Shown in pieces: positions 25,524 through 37,370 of a DNA stretch of 64,000 bases. The stretch comes from Saccostrea cucullata. Taxonomy: Eukaryota. Position 1 is the stretch's first letter; each line of letters opens with the position of its first letter. The translations under genes and the position numbers were made by a program. The notes under the pieces were generated by a model. The model saw nothing but the letters and a program-made list of their open reading frames with translations, made no database searches and was not told the origin of the DNA. The DNA lies in contig NW_026930547.1 in the NCBI RefSeq assembly GCF_032062105.1, positions 1 through 64,000 of the forward strand, in the 5' to 3' direction.

Positions 25524-28500
25524 GAACTGTTGTTTAATTGAACTTTGGTTAATGTTAATTGTACTGTTGACTGTATTTTGGACTTTTAATTTGTTTTAAT
25601 TATTTGTTCTAGATAAAATGCTTTCGAATTTCAATGAATTGGTTTCTTTCTTTTATGTCTCAATATTCCGAATAGCCCTTGTTTTCACAATAACCTAGAA
25701 GTTATATAACCTTTCTTCGGTATTGAGCCTCAACATAATGATTTCTTTGTTAAAAATTAACTTTGGTTAAGTATAGTTAAACTATAGTATTTTATAGTTA
25801 ATTACTAAAAGTTAAAAACTATAGTTTTAGTTAATTACGTTCTGTAGGCTTATATTGAAATGACGTACTGTATTTCTCCTATTTTTCAATTAAATTCTTT
25901 TAAAAAAGAAGCAAACACATTATATGTGTATATATATTTTGAGACACGTACTTTAAGATTATGCTTTTGGGAGTTCATAAATAATTAAAATCATTAAAGT
26001 TCGTGCACATGGGCTAAAATCTCGTTAAACTATTTCAGTATTTGCATGTGTACACCTACGTGTATGTAGAAATAAAGAAAGTGGCGTTCTATAACACTTT
26101 TAAAACAGTTACTGCATGCAAGCTTTTCATAGATTTAAACAAGAGAGAAGCTTTTTCCGGATCTTAATACGATTTCCATTATTGGTTTTGAAATTACACA
26201 ATTTTAGTTTCAGTTTCGAATGCTTTGTAAGTTTGTTGTTGAATTGGATGGTTTTTCCAGTGATAATTTAAGAATAATTTCCTAAAATTGATGTTAATTT
26301 TCGATGAATGATCATTGATTTTGTTTGTTTTGATTATTTTTACGAGATGTTTGAAAGCTTTTACTCATAATGACATGGATTTAGGAATTGTCATCAATGG
26401 ATGAATCTTGCAAAATGCCACTTTAATGACAGTTTTAAAATGTAAGTGTTTTCTATTTTCAGCTTTATGTATCATGTCTCTATGCGTCTGTATTTGTATA
26501 ATTGAAAATGACACAAAATATGTACCATTACCGTTTTATTACCTTTTAGTATGGATGTATATTATACATGCAAAATATTGTAAACATCTACATAATTTAT
26601 ATATGTTTGTATGACTAACACATAAGAATAAAAGGGGGTGACTGGTTGTTTGTGCTTTATATTTATTTAATATATGCATGCATTTATGTATACGTGCTTG
26701 TTTGTATTGTCACAATTTTACTAATATGACACTGAGCACAAAATACGTTTATCATGTTTATTTACACGAGCATAAATAGACTTATAATTCATTTTAGTGA
26801 GGATGAATAGTTTCTTTAAAGTATATAGATTTTCCTGTTTGTATCCTGAAACGTAATTTAGTAAATAACACACTCCTTTGATGATTTTATAAACCTTTTA
26901 TTTTAGTCGTATCGAGGTGTTTGAATCCCCTTTTATGGAAAAAAAAATTTACTTCATTTTGGTCGAAGTTGTATGAATACACTTTCCGGTCTTTATATCC
27001 AATATTCTACATTTATGAAATATTTGAAAATTGAATGTTTTCGACGCTTATAAAGAAGACACATACGTGTTCGTGTATATGTACAGTTTAAAGCAATTTG
27101 TTCACTAACACACAAAAAAGAATAAGCCTTTAGTTATATGTTTATTGGTGTTTAGTCCCGTCTTTAATTAATTAAAGATTGAAAAAAACTTTAATCGACA
27201 AAAGTTCGCTATGATTTTTTCTCATAGTATGGCCAACTCTATCTAGATCTGCTATCTGTCCTCTTGACTGGGTATAAATGTCTGAGAAGAAGTATTTATT
27301 CATAAAGATAAATAACTATCTTATTAAATTAAATCATATATACGAAGATATACAAAGAGAAACTACAGAAGGCTTTAAAACTTGAGTTGTGTTTTAGACC
27401 AATGTCGACATATATTTCGAAATATATATTTACATACTGAGTTCAGCATATGTAATGCAACTGAAGACAAAACACTGATCATGAAAACCAAAGTGCGAAA
27501 GAAAAATGTATTCACTTTGCGTTTGCAGAGGTAATGTTAAAAAACAACAAACAATGTAAAAAAAAAAAAGAGCCACATCTTGAATAAACACAAAGACTTC
27601 ATATCTTTTACTATATTGCATTTATAAATGCTACATGTATTAAAAAAAAAAGATTAAAAACATTGGCATTGTGCCAACTTCATAATCATTATATAGTATA
27701 CATCTGTAAACAAGGATATTGATTGCAGTGAACAGGTTCTGTAATTGCATTATAACTAGTAAAATGGATTTCCTTCTTAACAATTTTTTTTTCTGAAAAG
27801 CATAGGTTAACACGGGTCAATTACTTCTCCTTTTGGTTTAAATAGATTTTGCAGTTTGAAAAATGACTACATGTATATGTGGTGCACGAAAACGAAACCA
27901 ATCAATGTGTCTTTATTAAGATTTCAGCATATTTCAGCATATAGGTAATGGCATATAGGTAATGGTATGAAAATCTGCATGACCTTTCTTCCTTAAAAAA
28001 AAAAAACAGATGTTAAAAATTGTATTTGTCCAGAAGGGAAGGGTAATCAATTTTTGTGAGAATCACAGTGGGGATTTAAAAAGTTATTTTTAAAATATTT
28101 TTTTGAGATATGACATATTTTTTACTTATTTCATGAAGCAACTTTTTATGAAATATAGACCTTGGTTAAAACTACAATGTACTAGACAAACTGCTGTAAT
28201 TGTGAAATTGTTAATTAAGATTATTAATAATTTTTTCTATTCATTTCTTTTAATATCCACGGAAAATGGTCAAATGGGTTTTGCTAAAAAAAAATATTAC
28301 TAATAATTCGGTATTCCTTCTTATCGGTTCTTATTCCTGTGAGAGAATTTGAACTTGCATGAAGCATTTCTAGAAAATAAATGAAATTGTATGTAAATAT
28401 GTAGGGATATCAAGCGCAGTACGATATATATAATTTTTCGATGTTGTAAGTATGATTTTATATCAGGTCATTAAACAGGATGGAGAACAAAATGAAAGTA

Positions 28501-28846
28501 AATTTGATAATGGAGATTTTTTTCATATTTGTTGTTTATTTTTAAAAAAATTAACATTTTGACACTATTTTGAAGAAAATATCATCAAGTGATTATCTCA
28601 TTCAGTAAACTTGGTTAAAATTAACTTCTTATACCAATGAAAAGGTCAGGTCAAAGTCATAGTGCATCTAGGGATAAAAATTGCTGTCGCAAATCATGGG
28701 GAGCCTCTTCTATTTCCATGTATCAACATTCATACCGTATTGAATCTAAAGTATAAAATAATTTCCTTTAAATAGAATATAAGAGTCAATTCATTGTTTT
28801 CTATGCCCTTCGTGTACATTTTTGTCTAATTTCCTATTGTAAAAGG

Positions 28847-29900
28847 CATAGGTGAAGATAACGAACACTAATCAATCTTAAAAAATATACGAAGTGTACA
28901 AATAAGTTTACTTGGAATAAAACGCATTCCTTGGAAAATTCTAGACGTGGGAGGTGGCAATAGGAGGTAAAGGGCGTATGCGTTGCCGTGAATCAGTTAT
29001 CCCGTCTGCAACCTCGAGATATTAATCAGTTAAACAAGAGATTCCATAGACAAATTCACTTTATATAATCCTAACATTTGGTATGTAACATATCACCAAA
29101 ATGCGACCCATTGTTATTATGTGTTTGCCAATAAATTTAATATAACGACAATAGAATTACCCGAATATTGATTTTAAGAGAAGTTTACGAAATCCCCGTA
29201 ACATCAACTTATCTATAAATTGTCTTCTTTGTTTAAAAAAATGGTCATTTTCAGGACATGTTCTTGAGCATTGAATAAGATAGGAGATGTAAACACCATA
29301 TGCAGGTAAATGAATATTATTATATTTATACAAAAGTAAGGAAAGATGATGATGATGAAAAAGCTGAAATTATCTCGTATAATATCATTATCACATTAAT
29401 TTGTATGTTGGTCCTTATCATCTAAAGTCAGCATAACATTCAAATATGCGTTAGACTCTGTGATGTCTTTTATTTCGAGCTTAAAGGGAAATGTGAATAT
29501 GGAGTCAACATATGAAGGGCACTATATGGAAGTAACTATTATATTGATTACATATTGAAATATATTTAAATGTAAAGATAAAACCACATAAAGTATTTCA
29601 ATCTTCTCATTTAGGATATTTTGGATGAATTCAGTCTGCTTCATAGGAATATCGAATAAAAGAGATGAAATGTTTCCGATCAGATTCTAAGATTTCTTTT
29701 TTTGGAAGACCAAAGACCACGTAGATCTTGTAAAGGAGGAACTCCAGCATTCTTTTAAACATCGATTTCAGTGTACTTTTTGTAGAATAAGAGTTATTTT
29801 TAATATAGCTATTTTGTAGATGACCAATCACAAGATTTAAAATTCCAAGGTTTCTTTTATTATTTATTGAGGGAGGTGTTGTCTAATGTCTATGATATCA
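28847..29900 (-). mobile_element. Highly decayed Penelope-like remnant
   Basis: Peptide remnants IGHLQNSY, KRMLEFLL..IYVVFG and YSYEAD match the 17.8-19.4 kb copy; shared 3' end GAAGATAACGAACA. Confidence 0.65.
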
Positions 29901-31316
29901 AACCGTCCACTACATTATTGATCGTAAAGAATAGAATTTTAAAAAATTAGATATTTTGACGCTAATGAAAAGAATGTTGATTTTAAAATTTCATAAGACT
30001 CTGGAGAATCTACATCTGATTTACGCTCCTTGTAGATTATGCTTAAACAGAGTGCTCTGAGTTTCTTTTTTACAAACAGTTTATTTTTATTTGGAGAGTA
30101 AAGATATGTGCTTGATAAAGCCTTTGCTGACCCCGGCAATGTTCCTGCTTTTAAAGTTTCTTTTGAATAACTTTGAGGAATCTCAAACTAACAAACAAAT
30201 AAAACTAATATTGGTTGACTTTAAAAAATTGGAAGATGGATTTGATGAATTACATCCTTAGAAGTGAACTGTGATAAAAGTTGGATTTTCAGGTGAAGAA
30301 TTTAAACTTTAACATTTAAAATACAGTTTTAAAGATAGGCGATACAGTCTTGAGCAGAGTGAATTGTGTGCTGACACCATAGCATATTATCTACATGTCT
30401 TTCCTATTCTTTTATCACTTTCAATTTAGTGAAAAAGAAAGGAACATTGTTAGTATATGATGAAGATTTCATATGCTGATACAAAATTAAATAAATGCCA
30501 AAAGAACTATTTTCAATTAAAAGAGACAATGTTAACAGCATTGACTGATTTTTCCATTGACAGATCCAAAATTATAAATACGATTGTTTGAAAAGATTAT
30601 TCTTCAAATATATTCCAGAATTTAAATACCTAGGACTGAATTTCAGTCATTTCAGTAAGTCTTTCAGTAGTTTGATTGCATGAAACGAAATGCACAATTC
30701 TAAACTTATAAATTTATAAAACAAAACATTGGAAAGTTTCTGATATTTTACATACCTGCTCTTGCAACAGAAATATAGTCCCTGCTGTTTTACCCACGGT
30801 GCCATTGCTTTTTCATGTTCCACAGTTACTCAAAGGGAATGCGTTCTTAATTATAAATGTTAATCATATTAATAATATACACTGGAATATTATTTTTAAT
30901 ATTTCAGTTAGTTAGACAGATGGTAAGAATGCTTCCTGGAAGCTCCTTTTTTTAAATCTAGCATAAATCATATAATCCTTGAATAATAGTTTATTTGTAT
31001 TTCTTAAAATGACAGAATACGTACATTAACTTTTCTTCTAAAATTTTCAGCTTTTAAATGACTTTAAGGTACTTATTTCATTTGTATTTTGTGAATTAGA
31101 CAAACAAGTACATGTAATCTTATTTTATTCTGAAATGTATACGTGTATTTTATAGTTTTTAGAATAATTTATCACTGTAAAAGTGTTTTTGTGTATGTTA
31201 TTTGTGTAAAAATTAAAATTTAATTATACTTTAAAACAAAATTTATTTTTCAGAAGTGCGACGATCAATTAAACAAACTAATTTTTTTCATCTTTGCCTT
31301 CACCTGTTCTTCTAAA

Positions 31317-34198
31317 ATGTGTGATCCACGTGAAAACAATGGTGCCAAGGTGGTTCATGAGTCAGTACCACAGAAAGACACACAGGGGCCAGGAGAGATA
31401 TTGGGTGAACCCAAAAGCATCAGCGAAATCAAAGAGAATTTATTCACTGCAACTCCAACTTGCAGTGATGGTGGTGCTGTAAACCTAGAAGCTCAGTCAG
31501 GTCATCAACCTACTGCTTCTCTTCCACAGCAAACGTATGCAGCAGACCTGAACTTGTCCACATCTTCCCAGGGTTTTTCTGTTCATGAACCGGTTGAAAA
31601 TGAAGAAAAAGGGAATACGAACGACCCCCAGAGAGAAAGAGCTCTTCTTTCTCGTACATCATCAAGGAGTTCGGGATATTCAGGATCTGTTGAGAATTTT
31701 CATGGCGAAAATACAGCTCCCCATGACCCATTAGTAATGCGACAAGCTTTTATTCAAAGGACGTCCAGCGGAAGTTTAAGCAGTAGCCTAACGTCTGAAG
31801 AAGCGAGACGACTCTTTGAACAAGGACTTCATATATCTGGATGTAAGGTTAACACTTAAGGCAAATTTGTACAATTTCTATGCAAAGTTCCCTTTTAAAA
31901 CATATTTGAAAAAAAAAACGTAAATTCTGATTTTGGGGTTGTATTGCCCGCAGGTGATAAGTGCAAGTTGTTAAGAGAAAAGTGTCCTTCTAAAGAATCA
32001 ATTGAATTCTGGGATGACGTCGAAATGTGCGGAGATGACGATAAAACCAAATGCCATAGTAAGGTAGGTTTGTTAATGTCTTTCATTAATTTTATAGACT
32101 CGGTTTCATTTCCTTATAATTCATGTCATGTAAAAAAAAAATTCTTTTACTGAGAAAAAGACATTGTATCAACTTTGTAAGCTAGCTACTCATCATTTTA
32201 GATTTGAAAATTCTATAATAAATTATTTCAGTTAAGTTCCAATTCAGTGAAAACTTTTTGAAGAGTTGATATGACTTAAAAGAAATTAAACTGCTCTCAT
32301 TTCAGTTCTGGAGCTATTTCTTTGCAAAGCTTAAAGAGAAATTTCCAAATGAAAAGGGACTAAACAGTAAACAGGCAGTGAATTTTCTCAAGACGTTGTT
32401 GAACGTGCCAAATGCGGGTAAGATTAGATGAACTTCGTGAAGCAATACATAGTTTTTCCTTATCCCTCTGTTTTTATCCAAAATTACTTGGAAGTAAAAT
32501 ATCGTTTAATTAATCTTATAAATTAAATATTGAAAATAAAGCAATTAGATTATTACTTGAACAGGTACTTAAGCACAGGAAGTTAATACAATATTCACTT
32601 ACCAGCAGGAGGTTTGATATAATGTTATTTAGGGCATTCCATGTAATAATACACATTAAAACTTCATTTGTTATACACACTTTTAGATGATGGAGAAATT
32701 ACACTCACGAATTTGGTTAAACTAATACGATTCTTTGGTCCATTTAAAAAGGATGGCGAAAACTGCATCATAATCGATCATGTAAGTAAAAAGTAAAAAA
32801 TTACTTTGATTATTTATATATTAATTGTTAGACAAAATACATTTTCAAATTTTAAATACACTTTGACAGTTAATACTTTTATTTATTCTCAATCGGGTTT
32901 TTTTCAGCTGAACGATATAGTGAAAAGATCCCTCGTAAAATCAGCAGACAAGAAGAAAATAAGGTAAATTTCAGTGATGTATATCTTTCGTTTTCTAGAA
33001 AGCATCAGGTCTTACAGTGCTGTTTTTCTTTCGATATTTACAAGTACTTATCCAATTACTTTATTATCATTTATTTTCATGGGGACAAATTTCCGTTGTT
33101 TGGGAAAAATGTGTACGGATTAAATTTCGTAGTTTAAGAAGACAGTGATACCATACTTTTAATTTTTTCTCATTTCTAAACTGGTAAACCATAAAATCCT
33201 GTATATTTCCGTACACTTTAAACAAAGGAAATAAACTCTCCACGAAAACTAGAGATTTAAAAGTACTTTTCAATTCATGAATTTAAGTTGTCAAATCATT
33301 CATATATAATAGTTGGTTTGCTGGTGACATGACTCGAGAGGATGCGGAGAAAATTCTAGAGAAACAGAAAAACAAGACCTATCTTTTAAGGTAAAGAATT
33401 CAGGTTCTTTTTAAATATGTTATGTTAGTATTCAGTGTTTGGAGAATTTGCAGTGATTCAAAAACAATTTTTAGAGAAAAATATTATTCAGCAGAGCTAT
33501 TCACAGTAGATGAGTCTTTTCCGTTTTGGTGATATTTCTTAAATGTTCATGTGACTCTTTGCAATACTATATGTTTGAGCGAGTTTTTATTCGTTTGTTT
33601 GACCTTTAGAATGAGTCAGAGTGGATCAGACGAAGGAAACTTTGTGGTATCTGTAAAGGATAAAGATGCAGTACATCATTTTGAAATTGAAGTAAGTAAA
33701 TATATTTAACGTCTCAAAATATCATAATTTACAATTCAGAATTATCAAGCATTGTGTTTTTTCATTTTTATAGTACTTTAATAAATGTTTTTAATTATAG
33801 AAATTTTTATTAAAACTAAAACCAATATTGTTCCAATTACACGCGATGATCTCTGTGTTGCATTATAGTAGTATTTTAATAACTTTTCATATCATTAGCA
33901 TTGTTTAAATGAAAAAACTAGTATTGTGTTGGTTTATTTAATTTCAAACATAAGTATATCAGTACTTCAATGTAAATGTTTTTATTTGAAGGGAGACCCT
34001 GAGGCCTCAAGTAAAAGTACTTCTTTGAATTGTCATCTGAAGTTTTTTGGCAAAATGTATGAAACCTTGCCAAGTGTGGTAGAAGACTTAAAATACAATG
34101 GTCTAAAAGATGAAGAGGATGACGAAGAAGTTCACTGCATCTACATATGTCCTGACCTACCATTCAACACGGTCATTACACCTTATAAACGTACATAG
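31317..34198 (+). CDS. SH2-domain protein B, tandem paralog of A, ~421 aa, 8 exons
   Basis: Exons 31317-31842, 31954-32063, 32306-32417, 32687-32781, 32908-32963, 33313-33390, 33610-33691, 33992-34198. Intron phases match gene A and exons 3, 5, 6, 7 have identical lengths (112, 56, 78, 82). SH2: SWFAGDMTREDAEKIL...TYLLRMS...FVVSVK...VHHFEI. Ends ICPDLPFNTVITPYKRT*. Confidence 0.9.
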
Positions 34199-35207
34199 TT
34201 CAATATACAGGTATATACTATGAAATTGTTTATTTTCTCGAAAGGGCAATTGTCGTTATTTTTATTGTATGAAAACACGCATGAATTTATGTTTATCTAC
34301 AAATTAAAATAAATTTAGTATATGCATATGACAACTTAGCAATTCTTTAATGACGAAATTTAATTATCATGAAACAATATATATTTGTAAAATTTGACCT
34401 TAAGAAAATAAGTGATTGTACAGTTTATTCTGACCCATCATTTAACTTGGACATGACCATACATTGTACAGTGTATCACTGTAGATCTTAATTTTACCTT
34501 CAAAGCAAATGTATCTTATAAACGTTAAAAATAGCAAATTACAAAAAAGGTTTTTTTTTCTAATGATTCTCTATATGCCTTTGCTGTTGCGGCAATTTCT
34601 TTATTGATGATTCAAAATTGGAATTAATTGATGTTGTCCATATTTACTATGGAATGTAAATATGCAAGTACAAATATATATGTTTATATGACAAGTAATC
34701 AATTATGTATCATTTTATTTGAATGTTAGTTCACTTCACAAAATGCTTGTAAATTATTATATCACTGTCTTGTTTAAATGAATTGATCCTGAAAAAATGA
34801 TCATGGATCAACATTTTTCATACAACCAAAAAAAATCATTTTCTACATATAACTGCACTCTTCTGTAAAAATTTGCTATATTCCTTATTCCAAAGTTGCA
34901 GTTACATGGATTCTTGGATCTCCTATTTACATTTACAATAAATACATGATGACTTGACGCTGATAGCGAAATGATTTTCATTCCTTGTGACTTTATTATA
35001 CAATGTAAATTAGAATACATGGCTGTGCAGTTGTGTCGTGTGATAGTGTTTGTGTACTAATTTTTTATTCCCTCTCAATCCTATATTTACCGTCCTTTTT
35101 ATTTTTTATTTAATGTTTTGTAGAGTCTTAGAACATCAGTATTTTATATTTATGAATCCTCTTAATTTTTTTTTTTTTACATGTGAACGAATTCAAAAGG
35201 AAAAATA

Positions 35208-35794
35208 TATGGCACGCCAAATTCACAAAAATGAGATAAACCTAGTTTCACATTTGATAAACTAGGTTTACATGTAAACTATAGTTTTAAACTATAGTTA
35301 AGGATTCGTTAAGTATAGTTAACGATTCGTTAAGTATAAGTTTTATCAGTAAAACTATATTTAACGGTTGTTAACTATAGTTTACTTATTTGTAAGCGTT
35401 AACAATAGATTTTGTTGATAAACATATACGTTCGTAAACTGTATATATAACTATAGTTAAGAGTTGTTAATCATAGTTTCACAAATCGTGAAACTATATT
35501 TATCAGATCGTTAACTATAGTTAACGGTTTGTAAACTATAGTTTACAAATCGTGAAACTGTATTTATCAGATAATCTATGTTTTGCAATCGCAAATGATT
35601 GTTTTCAGTGTTAAGTATAGTTTACGGTTGTGAAACATAGATTATCGCGTTAACTATAGTTTACAGATGTAAAATATACATTAACGTTGTTAACTATAGT
35701 TTACAGTCCGTAAACTATAGTTTACAACCGATAAACCTAGTTTATCGATTGTGAAACTATGATTTGCTCATTTTTGTGAATTTGGCGTGCCATA
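35208..35794. mobile_element. Foldback-type element with 28-bp perfect TIRs and internal AACTATAGTT subrepeats
   Basis: TATGGCACGCCAAATTCACAAAAATGAG / CTCATTTTTGTGAATTTGGCGTGCCATA; the interior is ~22-bp units built on the palindrome AACTATAGTT. A fragment also lies at ~25765-25830. Confidence 0.85.
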
Positions 35795-37370
35795 AAAATA
35801 ATATCAATTTTAATTTTAGTCTTATTTGTGTTCTTAGATTTTAGTACATGTAGTATATATTTAGATTGCTTGCCATCCCTTAGTCGATGTTTTGATAACA
35901 TGGTGCAAAAACTAAGGCATTACTGATATTGCTTCCTACAGTCAAACAAATGACGGAATAAAATGTTTTATGACTATGTATAAACTTGTTTATATATCTT
36001 ATATCTGAATCTTTAATGGCAGTATTTATGTGGCAGTCAAAGTTTACTGCTTACTCACTTACTCAAACAGCATAATTTTCATGGTTATACATGCAATACA
36101 GTGTTGTATATTTCATTCTTATTGTATCTATGCCAAAAGTATTTATTGTTAATGCAAAACATCTCGTATATAAAGATATTAAAAAATATATGGTTTTAGG
36201 AAGTGTTTTATATAATTGCTGTGTAGAAACTGATCATTATGTATATGAAATACTCATTGGAGGTAATAAGAATTTAATGGATTACTGAGTTACAAAACAT
36301 ACAGTTGATATAGTGTTTCCCTGTTTGATTTTTAACTTTGCTTCTATAATACGTGGATATTTTATTCCATTGCAATATGTGTGTGTGTTCAAACATTTGG
36401 GCATCTTTGATCAGACAGTGAAAATTAAGATTGATGAGGCCAAAAACCCAGTAATTAATAAAATCGAATGTTCAGTTATCCTATGAAAGATAATGTCATG
36501 TTCGTAACACAGCAATATTAGTTGCATATTTACTTTAACAAAATTTTAAAGATTTATGTATATTCATAGAGGAATGTGTGTCGTCGTCTGTATTTTGGTT
36601 GTTGAGCTGCTTATTATGTCAGTGAAATACTCTTGATATTGGTAGTGTATATTAATCTTAAAATCACCTTCATAACATTTGAATAGTTACGCACATTTAT
36701 GATATTTTTAAAATGTTTAATATCTTATGAAACTAGATATATTTGGTGTAAAATTGTCCTGCACGTATACAGGGTATTTATGTTCTATCAATATCATGAA
36801 CTCCAAACTTTTAAAATTGAGTCCTTTTTTTACTTAGAACTTGTTCTTTTTGGTGCATTCAAATCTGTTACTTTATTCTATATGTAATAAAGATTAAAAG
36901 ATAGAATTTCCAATTTCAAATGTTTATCTTTTTTATCAGTATAAATATTTCAGGATTATTCCATCATATGATTATAATATTCAAAATACATGAATATGAA
37001 AGTCGTAAGAAGACCATATCAGGAAGTGATTGCATCAATTACGGTTGTCTACCTCATTTTAGGAATGAAGTCCCTTGACGTGTGATTTTTATGTCTATTT
37101 TGAATTTTAAAGGCATTAAATTTTTGCCCTTAGCATAAAACGATGATTTCTTTATGCTATATGAATGCACGTTCTTATTTTATAGGGATAAAATGAAAGC
37201 CACATTATATAGTTTGAATTGATCATTCGAAAGGAAAAAGTATTTTAAGAAAGGTATTTATCTAAGCGCTGTTATTCATAATCTTGTTCAACAGACATAA
37301 AACAGCTATGTCTTTCTTTATTTCGAGTCATAAACGATATATCTCATTTTCACTAACCACACTGACCACT

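Noticed and set aside
20311-34198. Calling the SH2 genes true STAT, CBL or SHK orthologs
   Set aside because: No coiled-coil/DNA-binding, four-helix bundle/RING or kinase exons are visible, so no gene symbol was assigned.
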